DNA of 64,000 nt from Squalus acanthias (GCA_030390025.1 CM059438.1:54872001-54936000), one strand, 5' to 3'; numbered from the stretch's first letter, positions 36,116 to 49,422 are shown. Notes: generated by a model not told the origin, from the sequence alone. Made by a program: numbers and translations.

Positions 36116-36564
36116 CTGGTAGTGACAGAGACAAAAAAAAGTTAAACATTTCTGCAACATTTTCCATTTAAGGCCCCCCCCCCCAGTGTCTCAATTGTTG
36201 TATAAACATTAATTATATTTCTGTTATATCCCAATAAATATCTAAATCTACTCCACAAAAGCAAATCAGCACAAAACTTGGATGTACACGTGCAGCTCAT
36301 TATATGATCAGCATCTCACCAGTACTCATGGCTGACTGAAAGCAATGAAATATGGGCGGGGAATCGACACTAGTCTACTTTTGGTCCCCAACACTGACCT
36401 TATGCTGACCTTAAACAATGCAAGATTTCCCAAATGTTAAATAAGTGCAGCCAGAGGTGAAGCATCTCCAGGTTGAGAAGCTGCTACTGCCTAACTATAC
36501 TGTAACCCCAATCCAGCTAAAATGATTCCGATTGGTGTATCAAATCACCATTGTATCAACCCAC

Positions 36565-36748
36565 TTTTGTTTCCCTTGGTTTAACGATAGATCATCCACA
36601 GCGTTGTCGTACTCCGTCCTGATATCATCAAGGCATCCGTTGTCACCGAAAGCTCCCCACTCCATGTTCACACACATGAGCCCCTCGTCTCCCTCCACAG
36701 TCTCTGTGTTTCTCGCCTCTTCCATGTAACAGGTATTGCTGCCGGTCC
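36565..36748 (-). CDS. HK1: Hexokinase exon 15 equivalent (184 bp)
   Basis: [65 protein letters not shown] boundaries. Confidence 0.93.
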
Positions 36749-38402
36749 CTGCGCAGAAACAGCCACATCGACATTAAAAGCTGCAGCATCAAAATATTAC
36801 CACACAAATAGCCTTGTGGTTTCAAATTAAAATAAAACAATGAACGCTGCAATTCACTCTCAGTTTTGCCTTGGGTTCAGAGAACACAGAAGCATTTGGA
36901 AGGCAAAGATTTAAAAATAAAAACAACTTGTGCTCATGTAATGTCTTTTATGCAGTAAACATCCCCTGGTGCTTCAGGGAGGCGAATGGACTCCCAGTAT
37001 AACAGTAAAAGAAAGAACTTGCATTTCTATAGCGCCTTGCATGACCTCAGGACGTCCGAAAGCGCTTTACAGCCAATGAAGTACTTTTGAAATGTAGCCA
37101 CTATTGTAATGTGGGAAACACGGCAGCCAATTTGCAGTATGGAGGTGACTGACGCCAAGGCTGAACAGCTGTTCTTTAGGAGGATTTTGAGTTGGAGGTA
37201 GCAAGGCAGAGGGTTCTAGGGAGCTGAAGAGTCTGTTGGAGAGAGAGAGGGGCAGTTTATTCCAAGAGGAAAACGGTGAAGGTGGTGGGGCTTAGAAGCA
37301 GGCAATGTGGACCCCCTTGTTGGTGATTGAAACCTTTAAGGTGACAAGGGTGTACGTGATGATGAGGTTGAGGGGATGGCTGTAGGTGTAGGTTGGGAAG
37401 TTGATGTGAAGAGTTAGCATAGAAGAGCAGAGAAATGACCGAGGATGAGGAGTCGCTCAGTGCAGAGATCTTGGTAAAGAAGGCATGGGGGCTTGGGAGG
37501 GAGGTGGCAGTCAGGGTCTCAGGCCAAGCTGGCTGACAATTTGCTTGCAGGCCTGGATGGCTGATGGTCAGAGTGGACCTGGCTGGCAACAGAGGAGTTT
37601 GAGGAGAGTGATTTTATTCCAGCCACATATTCTGTATGTTGAGCAGGTGGGGGTGGGTCACACTCATGCTCCTTGAAAGAAAGAGATCAAATGATCAAAA
37701 GAACCAGCTCAAGGACTGGTGAGAGTGTCGGGTCAGTGCCTTGGTCTGGGCACAGCTATCTGCTTAGTCCCATTCTCCTGCCCTTTCCTCAAATCTTTTT
37801 CATTTTTTCTTTTTCAAATACATATCAATTTTCCTTTTAAAAGTTATTCTAGATACTGCTTGTAGGGGAATGACACTAAATGGATAACTCTTTCAAAGAG
37901 CCAGCACAGGCACGATGGGGTGAATGGCCTACTTCTGCGCTGTATGATTCTATCATCTGTTGCTGAGGCCCATGCCAAGTTATTTGGCTGCAAGAAATCG
38001 ACAAGTCCCAAGATACTTGCAGACACATCTCCCCTTTTGGGGGACAGGGTGTGGAGATTAAGACCGAGTCTGCGGCCAATACTTCACTGGAAGTGCAGTG
38101 GACACGACGTTTACGCGCGTGTGGTTTCCCTCACACTTAAGAACATAAGATATAGGAGCAGGAGTAGGCCATTCGGCCCTTCGAGCCTGCTTCTGGTGAA
38201 GTAACACCAGCAGAGCAGGAGCAGCTCTGTGGAATGTTCCAGCCGATATGGCTAATTGCAGCAGAGAGTGGCACTGCAGGGAGCCCAGGTCAGAGAATCA
38301 GGGCTAGTATTGTCACTCCATCTCCAACCTGCAGTTTCTGCGAGCACAGCTCCCCACAGGGGGCACATGATCACACCTTATATGACGCACAACTGAAAAG
38401 AT

Positions 38403-38840
38403 AGGAAGAAATAACTTGCACTTATATAGCATGGTCTTAAGATGTCCCAAAACGCTTTACAGCCAATGAAGTACTCCTGAAATGTAGTCACTGTTGTAAT
38501 GTAGGAAACACAGCAGCAAGCTCCCGCAAACAGTAGTGAACTAAATGACCAGATAATCTGTTTTAGTGACATTGATTGAGGGATAAATATTGGCCAGGAC
38601 ACCGGGGGTAACTCCCCTGCTCTTCTTCAAAATAGTGCCATGGAATCTTTTACGTCCACCTGAGAGAGCAGACAGGGCCTCGGTTTAACGTCTCATCCGG
38701 CTGCATCTCTGACAATGCAACACACCCTGAGTACGGCACTGGAGTGTCGGCCTGGATTTCGTGCTGAAGTCTCTGGAGTGGGACTTGAACTCACAGCCTT
38801 TTGACTCTGAGGCAAGGGTGCTACACTTGAGCCAAGGCTA
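38403..38840 (-). mobile_element. tRNA-derived SINE with LINE-derived tail (resembles shark Deu-domain SINEs)
   Basis: Minus-strand head with A-box-like TGGCTCAAGTG and B-box-like GAGTTCAAGTCC; the tail recurs at about 37008-37140, 40516-40600, 45655-45720 and 59175-59225. Confidence 0.7.
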
Positions 38841-39071
38841 ATCTGAGGGGAAAAAATGCACTTAAAAATACAGGAGTGATACAAGTTTACAGGCAATCTG
38901 TGAATAATGCTAAAGCTGGATTATTCAATGCTTGTGTGATATAGCAGGCTCTGAGATCTGATGTTAATGGGCACTTACTGTGCTACTTCTACATTTTGCC
39001 TGTTCCCTTTTGACAAAACTGGACCTCCATGTGATTTAGCACGACAAATTTTAGTGCTTTAAAATTTGGAC

Positions 39072-39188
39072 ATGGACTGCAGCGATTCAAGAAGGTGTCT
39101 TACCGTCACCTGCTCAAGGGCAATTAGGGATGGGCAATAAATGCTGGCCTTGCCAGCGACGCCCACATCCTGTGAACAAATAAAAAAA
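39072..39188 (+). mobile_element. 3' end of the second LINE family
   Basis: Reverse complement of 57793-57910; A-rich tail. Confidence 0.7.
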
Positions 39189-39683
39189 ACTATAAGGGGT
39201 CATTTTTGACATTGCCCTTCCGATGGAGGGGATATCAGAAGTTTGTGTGCGTGCGGGCAGTGGTTGAACTATGAATTGGTCGGAAAATCGTGTACAGTGT
39301 GTGCTCCTGAAAGGTGAGGCTCCCATTGGAAACACAAAGTGAAAAAATGAGCCGTATAACCTCAACAGTAACATCTTTTACAAGTTAGTGCTCCCGATGT
39401 CGAGTCTCGCTCAATGGGCCCCAATTGGCAGCCTTCCGAATTTCCAAGTTATTAAGGTTAATGACCGAAAATCAGGTGGACAAATAACTGGGTCCAAACG
39501 TCCACACTCAATTAGCCGATCTGTCCTGACATCGAGCCAAGCTCCAGAATGTGGGTGCTAAATCTTAACATTTAACCCAAGGTTTCAGAACAGACAAAGA
39601 ACTGCTTCTAAGCTTTCATCAAGCTTCGACCATAAACCAGCTAAATGCTGCAGGTGTCAGAAGGTTCACAGTAAGTTACTCAC

Positions 39684-39783
39684 CGACAATCATACCAACT
39701 TCACAATGTGGATCTTCATATGCACAGGTCATCATTGTCCCAACTGTGTCATTCACAATCGACACAATATCAAGTTCAAACTC
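39684..39783 (-). CDS. HK1: Hexokinase exon 14 equivalent (100 bp; catalytic Asp motif)
   Basis: [37 protein letters not shown] boundaries. Absent from the ORF track; read manually. Confidence 0.93.
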
Positions 39784-40884
39784 CTAGTGGGAATATTTAA
39801 AAAAGAAACAGTAAGACATCAACAGGGAAGCAGCAGCACTGGCTCGAGGGGTTAAATGAGCGACTCCAGTTCCTATGTAACATACTTGAGCACTTGCTGT
39901 TCATTCTGTATCAGTTAGATGGAAGTTGACTCAGAGCTGTCCTGGCTGGAATATCTGCAGGTTGTAACTTCAACAAATGTTCTGAAGGGATGGTTTGCTC
40001 CAGATAAAATCAGTCTTCTTCTCACACACCACGGATACACCAGGCCCCGATTTGATTTGGGAACTACTGCTTGACCTCCACCCAATCCTTACAAGGCCAC
40101 CCGTGTCAGAGGAAGCCTGTCTGAGGGCAGTGTCTCCCTGCGCTGAGAACACGGACCTGGCATATCTCTGCTGATACGCCGAGTCAGATGAGGCATAATG
40201 GTCTCCAGAAAGGTGCAAGTGGCCCCACTGGGAATCCAGGACAGGGTCGGTGCCTGGACCCCTGAAGATGGCCACTTTAAAAAAAATCTTAGTATTGCCC
40301 CCCCCCCCCACCAAGAGGGCTGAAGGGTGCAGAGAACGTGATCTCACGAGGGAGCCCCTGGAATACTGTGCGCCTTAGGACTAAGAGAATTGAAAACTGC
40401 ATCGCAATTAAATAAAGGGAAACAAATGTGATGGGAGGCCAATGAATTAGGATGATTAAAATGTCTCTTACAACTGCCTCGACCGGTTGGGGGGTAAATT
40501 CACTGCGTGGACTATAAGAAAGAACGAACTTGCATTTATATAGCACCTTTCACCACCTCAGGCGTCACAGCCAATGAAGTTCATTTGAAGTGTAGTCACT
40601 AAATGCTGGATCATACAGACCCTGAAGGACCCAGGCTTGATTCTGGTCTGTGCTGATCTCAAACAGTGCAGTGCTGGTTGAAACATAACTGGCCTCAGTG
40701 TCCTAGGAAGTGATGAAGGACCCAACTCCTAATCGCTAATGAGCGACCCTTGCTGAAAAGTGCATGTGTGTGCGGTCAAGTAACAGTCAGTGTCCAGCCT
40801 CACACATGGAAAAGGCCAAGAGTGAGGTACTAGAGGGCAACCAGCGCCTGAGGATCCGGAACCCATTGGTCAGTGTCTATGGTC

Positions 40885-40996
40885 CAGAACCCATGGGTCA
40901 CAGTGCCTGTGGAACCAGAACCCAAAGGGTCAGTGCCTGTGGAACCAGAACCCAAAGGGTCAGTGCCTGTGGAACCAGAACCCAAAGGGTCAGTGC
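40885..40996. repeat. Short 30-bp tandem repeat (GGTCAGTGCCTGTGGAACCAGAACCCAAAG), about 3.5 copies
   Basis: Direct repetition. Confidence 0.85.
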
Positions 40997-41786
40997 ATTC
41001 AGAAGGGGAGGGAGAAAAGTTTTGGGTGGAGGAGAATCACATTACTTGTTTCTGATGTATGTTTGATAACATATATTGATATGCACTTTTCATTCACACT
41101 CTGCAGGCTCCCGACTGTAATTTGCTACTTGATTTCACACCGCACCTGAATTTTCAAGAATTGGCTTGGAGGGGGGGGGGGGGGAGGCTGTTAAAGAACT
41201 TAACTGGAAAATATATTGAGACAAAAAAGTATCAATAAACTTTCAGAATGAAATATGTGATTCAGCAGAGTATTTTCAGTTAATTTCACATCAACCCAGG
41301 AATGAATTAAGTGATTTTGTTTGTTCCTGACTCCAGAATGGGAAGCATCTGTTTTTTTCCATTTTCCCCAATTTTCTCCCCTCCTCTCCTGATGGCACTG
41401 CCTCGGGCTGGAGCATGATTCGTAAGTGCTGACGGCCCTCTGGTACCTTGCCAAGTAGCCAGTCATTCTTCCCGTGTCAGCCTAGTGAGTGCTGGCAGGG
41501 TAACTGAGCACAGCGGATGTGACGGCCAAGCCCGATCCTGTCCTCCCCCGATATCCACACACAGGTGGTTTCCAGTGATAAAGGTTACTTTCGCGGGTGT
41601 GTGATGGGGGTGGGAACAGCCATGGCATCTGTATCTTGCTGAATTTTTTCCCTGGAATATGACTGGGGAGAAAGATTTTGCATAATAATAGCAGTAATGG
41701 CCAATTAGATAGCAGCAAAGCAAAACTTAAAGCTAGAAATAACATTTTGCTAATAATCGGGAATGACAAAACATATTAAAGTTTGT

Positions 41787-43306
41787 GGGGGTTGAATTGA
41801 CTAACCCCTGAAAACGGGTGTGGGGATTGCGGTCCACGATTAACCCGCGCCCGTTCATTGTGTTGCAGGCGACGCGGTAAACTTGTGCTGCCTGCTGCTT
41901 TACATGATTGCTGCGTGCAGCCAACGCTACCCGCACTGTTCATTGGCTGCACTCATCAGCAGGGGACTTGATATCGCGAGTGGCTAGTGCTACTTAAAGG
42001 CAGCCTGCACCTCTTAAAGGGGAGGTGCACTGAGGCTGCAAGAAGTGGTGGGAGGTTTTTGTAAAGTGAATCTGAGCTGTGATACTTTGAGCAATGGCTG
42101 AACATGCGGGAAACTGTTCACCGAGGTTTTCAGACAATGCACTGGAGGTCTTGGTGCAAGACGAGGAGAGAGGGGGAGATGTCCTATATCCGCAGGGGGG
42201 TGGCAGGAAGCCCTCCAGACAGATGCTCAGGAGGCAGTGGGAAGAAGTAACGGCGAAAGTCAATGCCAGGTGTATTGCTCCAATAACATGGATGCAATCC
42301 AGGAAGTTGTTTAACGATCTGACACGAGTTGTCAAGGTGAGTGAGTTCATCTTCAAATGGTACATCCTACCAACTACACCATGAGCCTCATCCACGGCTC
42401 AATTCACTACACCCCCATCTACCAACAATCTCTATCAATCAGTACTCAACGCTAAAATTCGTATGCTTTACCTCACCCTCACATACTGTTGCAAGCCTCA
42501 CATTCACAACTCACAGCTCGCACACACTGACAGCCATTCAAACATGACATCCACATCCAATGCTGTCCCTGCCCTGCTTTGAGGTTGCAGTTGTGGCTGC
42601 AGCAGTTGGCAGATTTCAGTCAGGACGTCTTTAGTGAAGCGAAGGCGTCTCAAGCATTGGTCCTCGCTAATGTTGCTCTCTAAAGACCCTCGGCGGATAT
42701 GGCCTCCTCCTTCTCCCCACCCTCCTACTCCCTCTTCTAGCAGCTTGTCCTGCTCTGCGTGGCCTCTGCTCATTCTCCCAGTCATGCTCAATTCCCAGAG
42801 GAAGGCCCATCAGGCCACCCATGTCTGGAAGCAACTTGTTTCAGCACAAGCTTTAAAATGAACAGAAAAGTACTTCAACACCAGCCAGACTATTCAAACT
42901 TTAGCCAAGTTTAGGAAAGCTCCAAAAACATGTACAATTGCAATAGCAGCCAGAAGAAATAATCCATCAACTAACCTGTAACTAGTTCATGATCCCTTTA
43001 AGTAGGGCTGGTGGAGGGGTCCTTCATACCATGTTCAATTGTGCGAGGTTAGGTAGGCTGGAATGTGGAGTTCGAAAATAGTAGCGCTGGCGTCAAATCA
43101 TAGTTGCACACTGACTGACGTCATAATCTGCCTGCTCTGCATGTTGTCGACGGTCGTTAGGTGCGGTGCGCAAATCCCTTTACCAAGCTGGTGTCCGGCG
43201 CACATCCCGTTGGAAGTGTGTGCGCGCATCTTGGACCCAATTTTCGAACATTAGGTTGCCACGTAGCACCTAAAAATGGGCACTACAGAGCTCAACTTAG
43301 CCCCCC
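41787..43306. mobile_element. Internally deleted Harbinger transposon with convergent Myb/SANT-like gene (+, 42094 to about 42337) and transposase N-terminal remnant (-, about 42540-42700)
   Basis: PRFSDNALEVLV...QWEEVTAKVNA...WMQSRKLFNDL is Myb/SANT-like and is followed by donor GTGAGT; SEDQCLRRLRFTKDVLTEICQLL resembles HARBI1-type transposase; imperfect G-rich TIRs and 3-bp TSD TGT. Confidence 0.8.
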
Positions 43307-44789
43307 TGTAAAGTTTTCCTGTCACATGTTGAAACCTTTTTGCTCACTTTGTGTCAGAGCATTAAATAATGGGACAGCAGAGAATAATAGAATTTTACAG
43401 CACAGAAGGAGGTAGCGGATTTGATTCTGGTAAGATACTAGATAAGCAAAAGAAGCAGCTTGTCTGAAGACCTTGCTGTACGGAGGATAACCCAAATCAG
43501 CAGGGTAATTCCTCAGTGACAAACAGAGACAACCTCAGGCTTTATCCTGCAAGTTTTACTGCTTCCTTTGCAACAGAACTTGTTATTTTTCTCCATAACC
43601 AAACTCTTCTCAACTAATCTAAATTCCTGTGTGTACCCTAATTTGATAAGGGGGCCATCCACTGCAACAAATGTCACAACACTGTCCTCTGAATACAGTG
43701 ATGGACTGGATAAATGGCACAAATGATGATTATACTGGTAACTGAGTGCTCTAGCCTATAAATCTTGGAACGTTATAGGGCCGGTGTTCCTGGGATTAGC
43801 ACCTGGGGAATTCTTCTCCTCAGGCGGTAAACATGGGAAATACTCATGCACAACGTGACACTGGGTCTCTGTCCCCTTTACGTTTTCCCGGGATTTCCAG
43901 GGCTTCCCTTGTAATAGGTGCTGGCCAGGGGCAATCCTTCAAAGGGCTGGGGTGATTGGAGGGGGCCCTCCTGTCTCAATTTCCTGTTCTTTTGCCAGTT
44001 GGGCACCCATTTTGATGGGTTCCCAAAAGAAGTGGACTTAAGGCTCTGCGTCCAACCTATCATTGATCAAAGGATCACAAAGGGATAGGCAGTGGTCCTG
44101 TAGCTGCCCACCTTCTTCCCCACAGGGATTTGTAAAAACACAGCAATAGGGGCTTTGTTGGGGTGGGTCGGTGGATGTTGAGAAAGGCATGGAGCAAATG
44201 GGAGGGTGATGAGAGGCAGCAGGAAAGAGTGGCGAGGAAGGGTGGCAGTCAACGTTCCCGCTAAGCTGCGTGGCCGCGCAGTGGTCTGGAGGTCCCGCGC
44301 TGGCCGCTCGCCAGCTTCTACATTGAAGAAATCGCGCATGCACGAAAATTTGAATGGGCCACGTAGCCAGTTAAAGGGACCGTGCACGAAAAAAAATTAG
44401 AGAACATTGGTGGCAATGTTTGTGCACGGCAAAAAGGGGTGGTGAAAGAGTCAGGATGGTGGGGCAAGACATGGCACTTGAGGTGGGTGAAGGTAGGGAG
44501 ATGATTGAATCCTTCTTCTCCCTTCCTTGGAAGGTTTAAAAAAGCAAATGGCTTTTCCTGTAGTTTGCTGGAAAAGTCTGCATTATTTAGATTGCAACAG
44601 CCCTTGAAAAAGCCATTTAAAATTAGTAGGAGGCTCCCCAGTAGTGTGGGAGGGGCCCCTTTATGGAATCCCACCTCCATGAGAAAAGCTGCATTGCTAT
44701 CGGTGACTCAGAACTAGGTTCTCGTGGATTAAGCGCTTTTAATAACTTTTACCTTTAAAGGGCTGAAAGTGCTTAACCAACTTAAACAG

Positions 44790-44965
44790 GAATAAAAACA
44801 GAAAGTTCTGGAACTACACAATAGGTCGATCAACATCTGCAAAGAGAAAATGCAGGTTATGATGTTTCGGGAATGTGTATCATTCAGAACTGAGGTGCTG
44901 TGTATTTCCAACATTTTCTGTTTTTATTTCAGATTTCCAGCATTTGTAGTTTTCCTTTCGATTTT
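44790..44965. mobile_element. Degenerate inverted-repeat element, same family as 51277-54055 (probably Penelope-derived)
   Basis: AATAAAAACAGAAA...TTTTCTGTTTTTATTTCAGATTTCCAGCAT ends shared with that copy. Confidence 0.55.
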
Positions 44966-45936
44966 ACCATAAAAGGATGTTAGTGTTTTCTAAGAACGTG
45001 GTTGTGGTGTGGTGTTCATAAACTGGATTTACAATCTGCATGCACGAGGGAGTTCAGTGAATTATCCCAAGAATCTTCAACAGCTGATGAGAGAACCCGT
45101 GGGATGGGGGCACATTGGATTTACTCCTAACTGATAAGGGGGGGAGCAATGAGCCAAGCTGAAGCATTTACAGTCTAGTGATCATAAAGCTGCTAATTTT
45201 AAGGTTGAAATGAAGTCTAGAGTGAGGAGCACAGCCATGGAGTGGATGTGAAGCCCACCTGCATTGTTTACGCTGGGATTCTGTCAGAGTGGGAAATTCC
45301 AGCTGTGATGTTAGGAACACACCTTATTGACAGACCATGTATCTCGAACTAAACTACCAACTGAAACTTACAGCAGATAAACAGAACAACTGCAATACTT
45401 ACATTTACCCCAGCCCTTCCAAAACAAATACATTTCCAAAATCTCATTGGTTCTGCTCAGTAACTTCTGAACGTGACGAAAAGCTTTCTATTAGTCCCCA
45501 CCATATATAGCAGCCATGCAAAATGGGAAACTGGAAAACAAAGGGCCTGGCTACAAGTCTCTACTTTCTTTAATGTCCAATCTGGCACTATAAGATACAA
45601 AGATAGCCTTCAAAATTCATCGAAAACTTACTTCTTGCAGTGACAGACCAGTAAACAACAACAACAATTGACCTTTATATCGTGCCTTTAACATAGAAAA
45701 ACTCTCCAACGTGCTCCACAGAGGTATAAGTGCCATTTTGGCCCATACTTACAAGGAACTTGGTATATATTTAACATTTAACACATTCCATTCCACATTG
45801 CACTGCACTCTGCCACAGCACTTCAACAAACAAAGCCTAGCCAAGCAAGGTTTGACTCAATCAGACTTGGCTCCCAGACATGCCTATGTGTATTCACCCC
45901 TTATGACTCTGAAGCCAGTTACTTCTTTAAAGAATG

Positions 45937-46264
45937 AGAAGTCGCACAACACCAGGTTATAGTCCAACAGATTTATTTAATTTTACAAGCTTTCGGAGCT
46001 GTCGCTCCTTCCTCAGGTAAGTTAGCAGTGAGAGAATCTCCCAGAATTCACAATTTAAACACAGACAAAATCTATTCAAATATTTCCCTACATCAAAGAC
46101 ACACTAAGAGCACAGCCAAGACAATGAGATGTGTCCCAGGGGGTCCAACGTGTCAAACCACCTGCTGGCTGCATATCCTGTCAATTTGTGTTGACTATAA
46201 CCTGGTGTTGTGCGACTTCTCATTTTTGTCCACCCCAGTCCAACGCCGGCATCGCCACATCATG
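45937..46264. mobile_element. Penelope-like element remnant (inverted terminal-repeat arrangement)
   Basis: Inverted arms GAGAAGTCGCACAACACCAGGTTATAGTC; unique tail TGTCCACCCCAGTCCAAC...; 14-bp TSD TTCTTTAAAGAATG. Confidence 0.75.
45983..46020 (-). ncRNA. Minimal type I hammerhead ribozyme motif
   Basis: TTAC-CTGAGGA-A-GGAGC gaca GCTCC-GAAA-GC-TT-GTAA. Confidence 0.65.
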
Positions 46265-47329
46265 TTCTTTAAAGAATGCAGCTAATGGAACCACTTTAAA
46301 TTTGCCATCAAATGCTGGCCAGTGCTCGAAATTCTAGGCCACTTATGTTTCCAGACAGAAGTCTATAGTTAAGTTTGCCTTAAGCTAAGATAAAGGAAAT
46401 CTTAATAAACACAGCAGTCAGAGCTTCCCATTTAAACATCCCAGTGCTTAGGCAAAGCTACAATTCCATATAAAAAATTAAATATGGAAATTATCAACAG
46501 AAACTGGACCCCCGTCCATGAATCCATCACATTCCCTTCCTCAGCACTCACCAGTGTGGAGACCAAATCTAGATCAACCACAGGATTACAAAGGTTTTTT
46601 TGTTCTGCTTATGTTTACCCAAGATCTTTGGAAGGGGCAGCAGCACAGAATGAGGGCAGTTGCGATGTCCCTTTGGGCAGGTGTGATTTTCTCTTGTGTG
46701 AATGGTGACAAGAGTGAGAATGAAATGAATTCAAGCACTTGTCCACCTGCAATGTGTCAGGCACAGACACCTCAGCTGTCTTGCACATTCATTCAAGACA
46801 AAGGTTATCGTTTGACCGTCTTTTGAACTTTTGTCAAAATTTAAACATGAAAGAGTGTGAGAGCAGCACACCGGTGATTGAAGAAGCCTTCCTACCATTC
46901 TGGAGCGCCATAAATGATTTTAAAGTTGTGGTATTAAGTTGCAATTTTTATGAATTTATTTCAGAATTTTCTAATCTAATGAAGTGAAATCTTATTTAGT
47001 TAGGCTTTGTGGACATTATTTACAGCTGCAGGTTCCCATGGTCTCTGGTCTACCACTACAAGAAGTCTTTTGAAGTAACTAATTGTTATGGATATCTTAT
47101 TATTACTCCAATAGTCACGGAGCTGAATTCAGTCTCTCTCAGACTTGCAGTAGCAAAATTAATGCCATTTATGTGTTATACAGGAATGGAACATGGGGAG
47201 GCAATGCAGTGAGACATCACAGCATATTCTTAGAAGATGGGTGTCCTGAAAATTAAATCTGGGCTGTCATCTCCTGCCCACATTATTATTCAGCCTGACA
47301 TTCTAAGGAAGGAGGCAAAAATAAATCAT

Positions 47330-48365
47330 TTAGATCAGTGAAGAGTATGAGAAAATGGGGACATAATCCTAGAATTTGAGTTAAACTAGTTAAATGCAAA
47401 TCCATGGAAAAAAAGTTTTCACACAAAAGGTTCTGAGACTATGGAATGCATGGCCCCTGAAGGCCACAGAGGTTCTGAGACTATGGAATGCATGGCCCCT
47501 GAAGGCCACAGAGGTTCTGAGACTATGGAATGCATGGCCCCTGAAGGCCACAGAGGTTCTGAGACTATGGAATGCATGGCCCCTGAAGGCCACAGAGGTT
47601 CTGAGACTATGGAATGCATGGCCCCTGAAGGCCACAGAGGTTCTGAGACTATGGAATGCATGGCCCCTGAAGGCCACAGAGGTTCTGAGACTATGGAATG
47701 CATGGCCCCTGAAGGCCACAGAGGTTCTGAGACTATGGAATGCATGGCCCCTGAAGGCCACAGAGGTTCTGAGACTATGGAATGCATGGCCCCTGAAGGC
47801 CACAGAGGTTCTGAGACTATGGAATGCATGGCCCCTGAAGGCCACAGAGGTTCTGAGACTATGGAATGCATGGCCCCTGAAGGCCACAGAGGTTCTGAGA
47901 CTATGGAATGCATGGCCCCTGAAGGCCACAGAGGTTCTGAGACTATGGAATGCATGGCCCCTGAAGGCCACAGATGCAAATCAACAGAGGTGTTTAAAAG
48001 GGAGATAGATCCTTGGGAAGTAAAAGTATTAAGGGTGTGGAGAAAAAGCATGGAACTTGAATTAAAAGACATAACTTCCATCGCTAGCAAAAATAGTAAC
48101 CAAGAAATTAAATTGGGAATTCACAACAAACTTCTTTACCCAGAGAGCGGCGAGGATGTGGAACTCACTACCACAGGGAGCAGTTGAGGTGAATAGTATA
48201 GATGTACTTCAGGGATGTTGGATAAGCATGAGGGAAAAAGGAATAGAGGGTTCTGCTGATAGAGTTAGATGAGGAAGGATGGGAGGAAGCTCGAGTGGAG
48301 CAGAAACACTGGCATGGACTGGTTGGGCCGAATGGCTTGTTTCTGAGCCGTATATCCGATGTATA
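47330..48365 (+). mobile_element. Two old CR1 3'-end fragments (about 47330-48060 and 48090-48365)
   Basis: Degenerate GHN...FTQKVLRLWNAWP...FKREID and TTCTTTACCCAGAGAG...TGTGGAACTCACTACC, followed by CR1-type 3' UTR. Confidence 0.7.
47429..47974. repeat. 13 perfect copies of a 42-bp unit (GGTTCTGAGACTATGGAATGCATGGCCCCTGAAGGCCACAGA)
   Basis: 546 bp = 13 x 42; no variant units seen. Confidence 0.97.
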
Positions 48366-48511
48366 ATGGAGAATATTCAGTAGACCAAATAATCAACTCC
48401 TGTTTTTGTGCTCCTATAATGGTCTATATAATGATTATTTATAAAGAAATAGAAAGATACAACTAAAATATAATAGTATGAAAGAGGAATGACTAGAATG
48501 TGTCAACTTAC

Positions 48512-48607
48512 ATCTCTCCTTTTAATGGCATCCCTCAGCATAGTAACCACATCTTCTCCCTCACAATCAGTTGCCTTAAAGCCTTTAGTCCATTTAAGAA
48601 GAATACC
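48512..48607 (-). CDS. HK1: Hexokinase exon 13 equivalent (96 bp)
   Basis: [36 protein letters not shown] boundaries. Confidence 0.93.
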
Positions 48608-48760
48608 CTGAGAAAGACAAAAAAACCTTCAATAATTACACAGGTAGTCTGGAAAGCACTTTAAAATGGCAATGTACTGTTATAAACAACATCCATTAAT
48701 TCCACATTTGAACAAGCAACACGGAATATTTTTTCAAGTTGTATATATAAATTGGCTTGC

Positions 48761-48880
48761 CTCATCTAAACTCTTCTGTTCGCAAGGGAAGGAAAATGTG
48801 AAGCCAAGAGGAAGTCGAGCACCTTTCATACCCATGTAATCGAGGAAGTCTGAGATGCATGAAACAATGTGGTCAAATAG
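48761..48880 (-). CDS. HK1: Hexokinase exon 12 equivalent (120 bp), GC donor
   Basis: [42 protein letters not shown] acceptor; donor GAG|GCAAGC. Confidence 0.9.
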
Positions 48881-49422
48881 CTGAAAATCAGAAGAAAAAT
48901 CGGAATCACCTGATTATTATTGGTAGATTATCAGCACACAATAAGCACAATTATTTTCAGTATCCCCCTCCCCTCTTTATTCTTTAGTCAGACCCTACCT
49001 GGTGCAGTTTCTTTCTCCAGCCGATGGGATGTTAGTCTAGAATCTAGATAAAGACTCAATGAAGGCAGTTTAAGTTTAATGGTGTGTGTACATTGATACG
49101 GCGTCGTCGGTAACAGGCCCATGGGTGCTCCCACTGCTGACTGCGTGTTATCAATCTAACGGAGGTGAACTGCACTTCTCTGAAGGTGTCTGGGACCTGA
49201 CCTTTTGTGGCTACCAAGATCTGCTGTCAAAGACAGCAGAAAATGCAGGATCATGTCCTATTGTCTCTTCAACTGGCTCACTAGGGGCTGGTGGCTAACC
49301 CTCCTTTTCAACCCTCCTTAAATATGCAGGTATGACTCGAGAGTGGCTAATGTAACAACTTTGTTCAAGAAGGGAGAGAAGGATAAACTGGGTAACTATA
49401 GTCCAATGTCAGCTGTGTCTTA

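Noticed and set aside
40600..40870. Possible ancient tRNA-headed SINE (similar traces at about 30250-30390 and 59690-59850)
   Set aside because: Too degenerate to assign boundaries or family without a profile search.
44855..44892. Hammerhead in the second palindromic family (also GAAACGTTAAC half-site at about 51333-51345)
   Set aside because: Core and stem II are degenerate or truncated; not called as ribozymes.
47390..48187. Four overlapping 14-aa-repeat ORFs; possible CRISPR array
   Set aside because: Contiguous 42-bp tandem repeat derived from CR1; no spacers.
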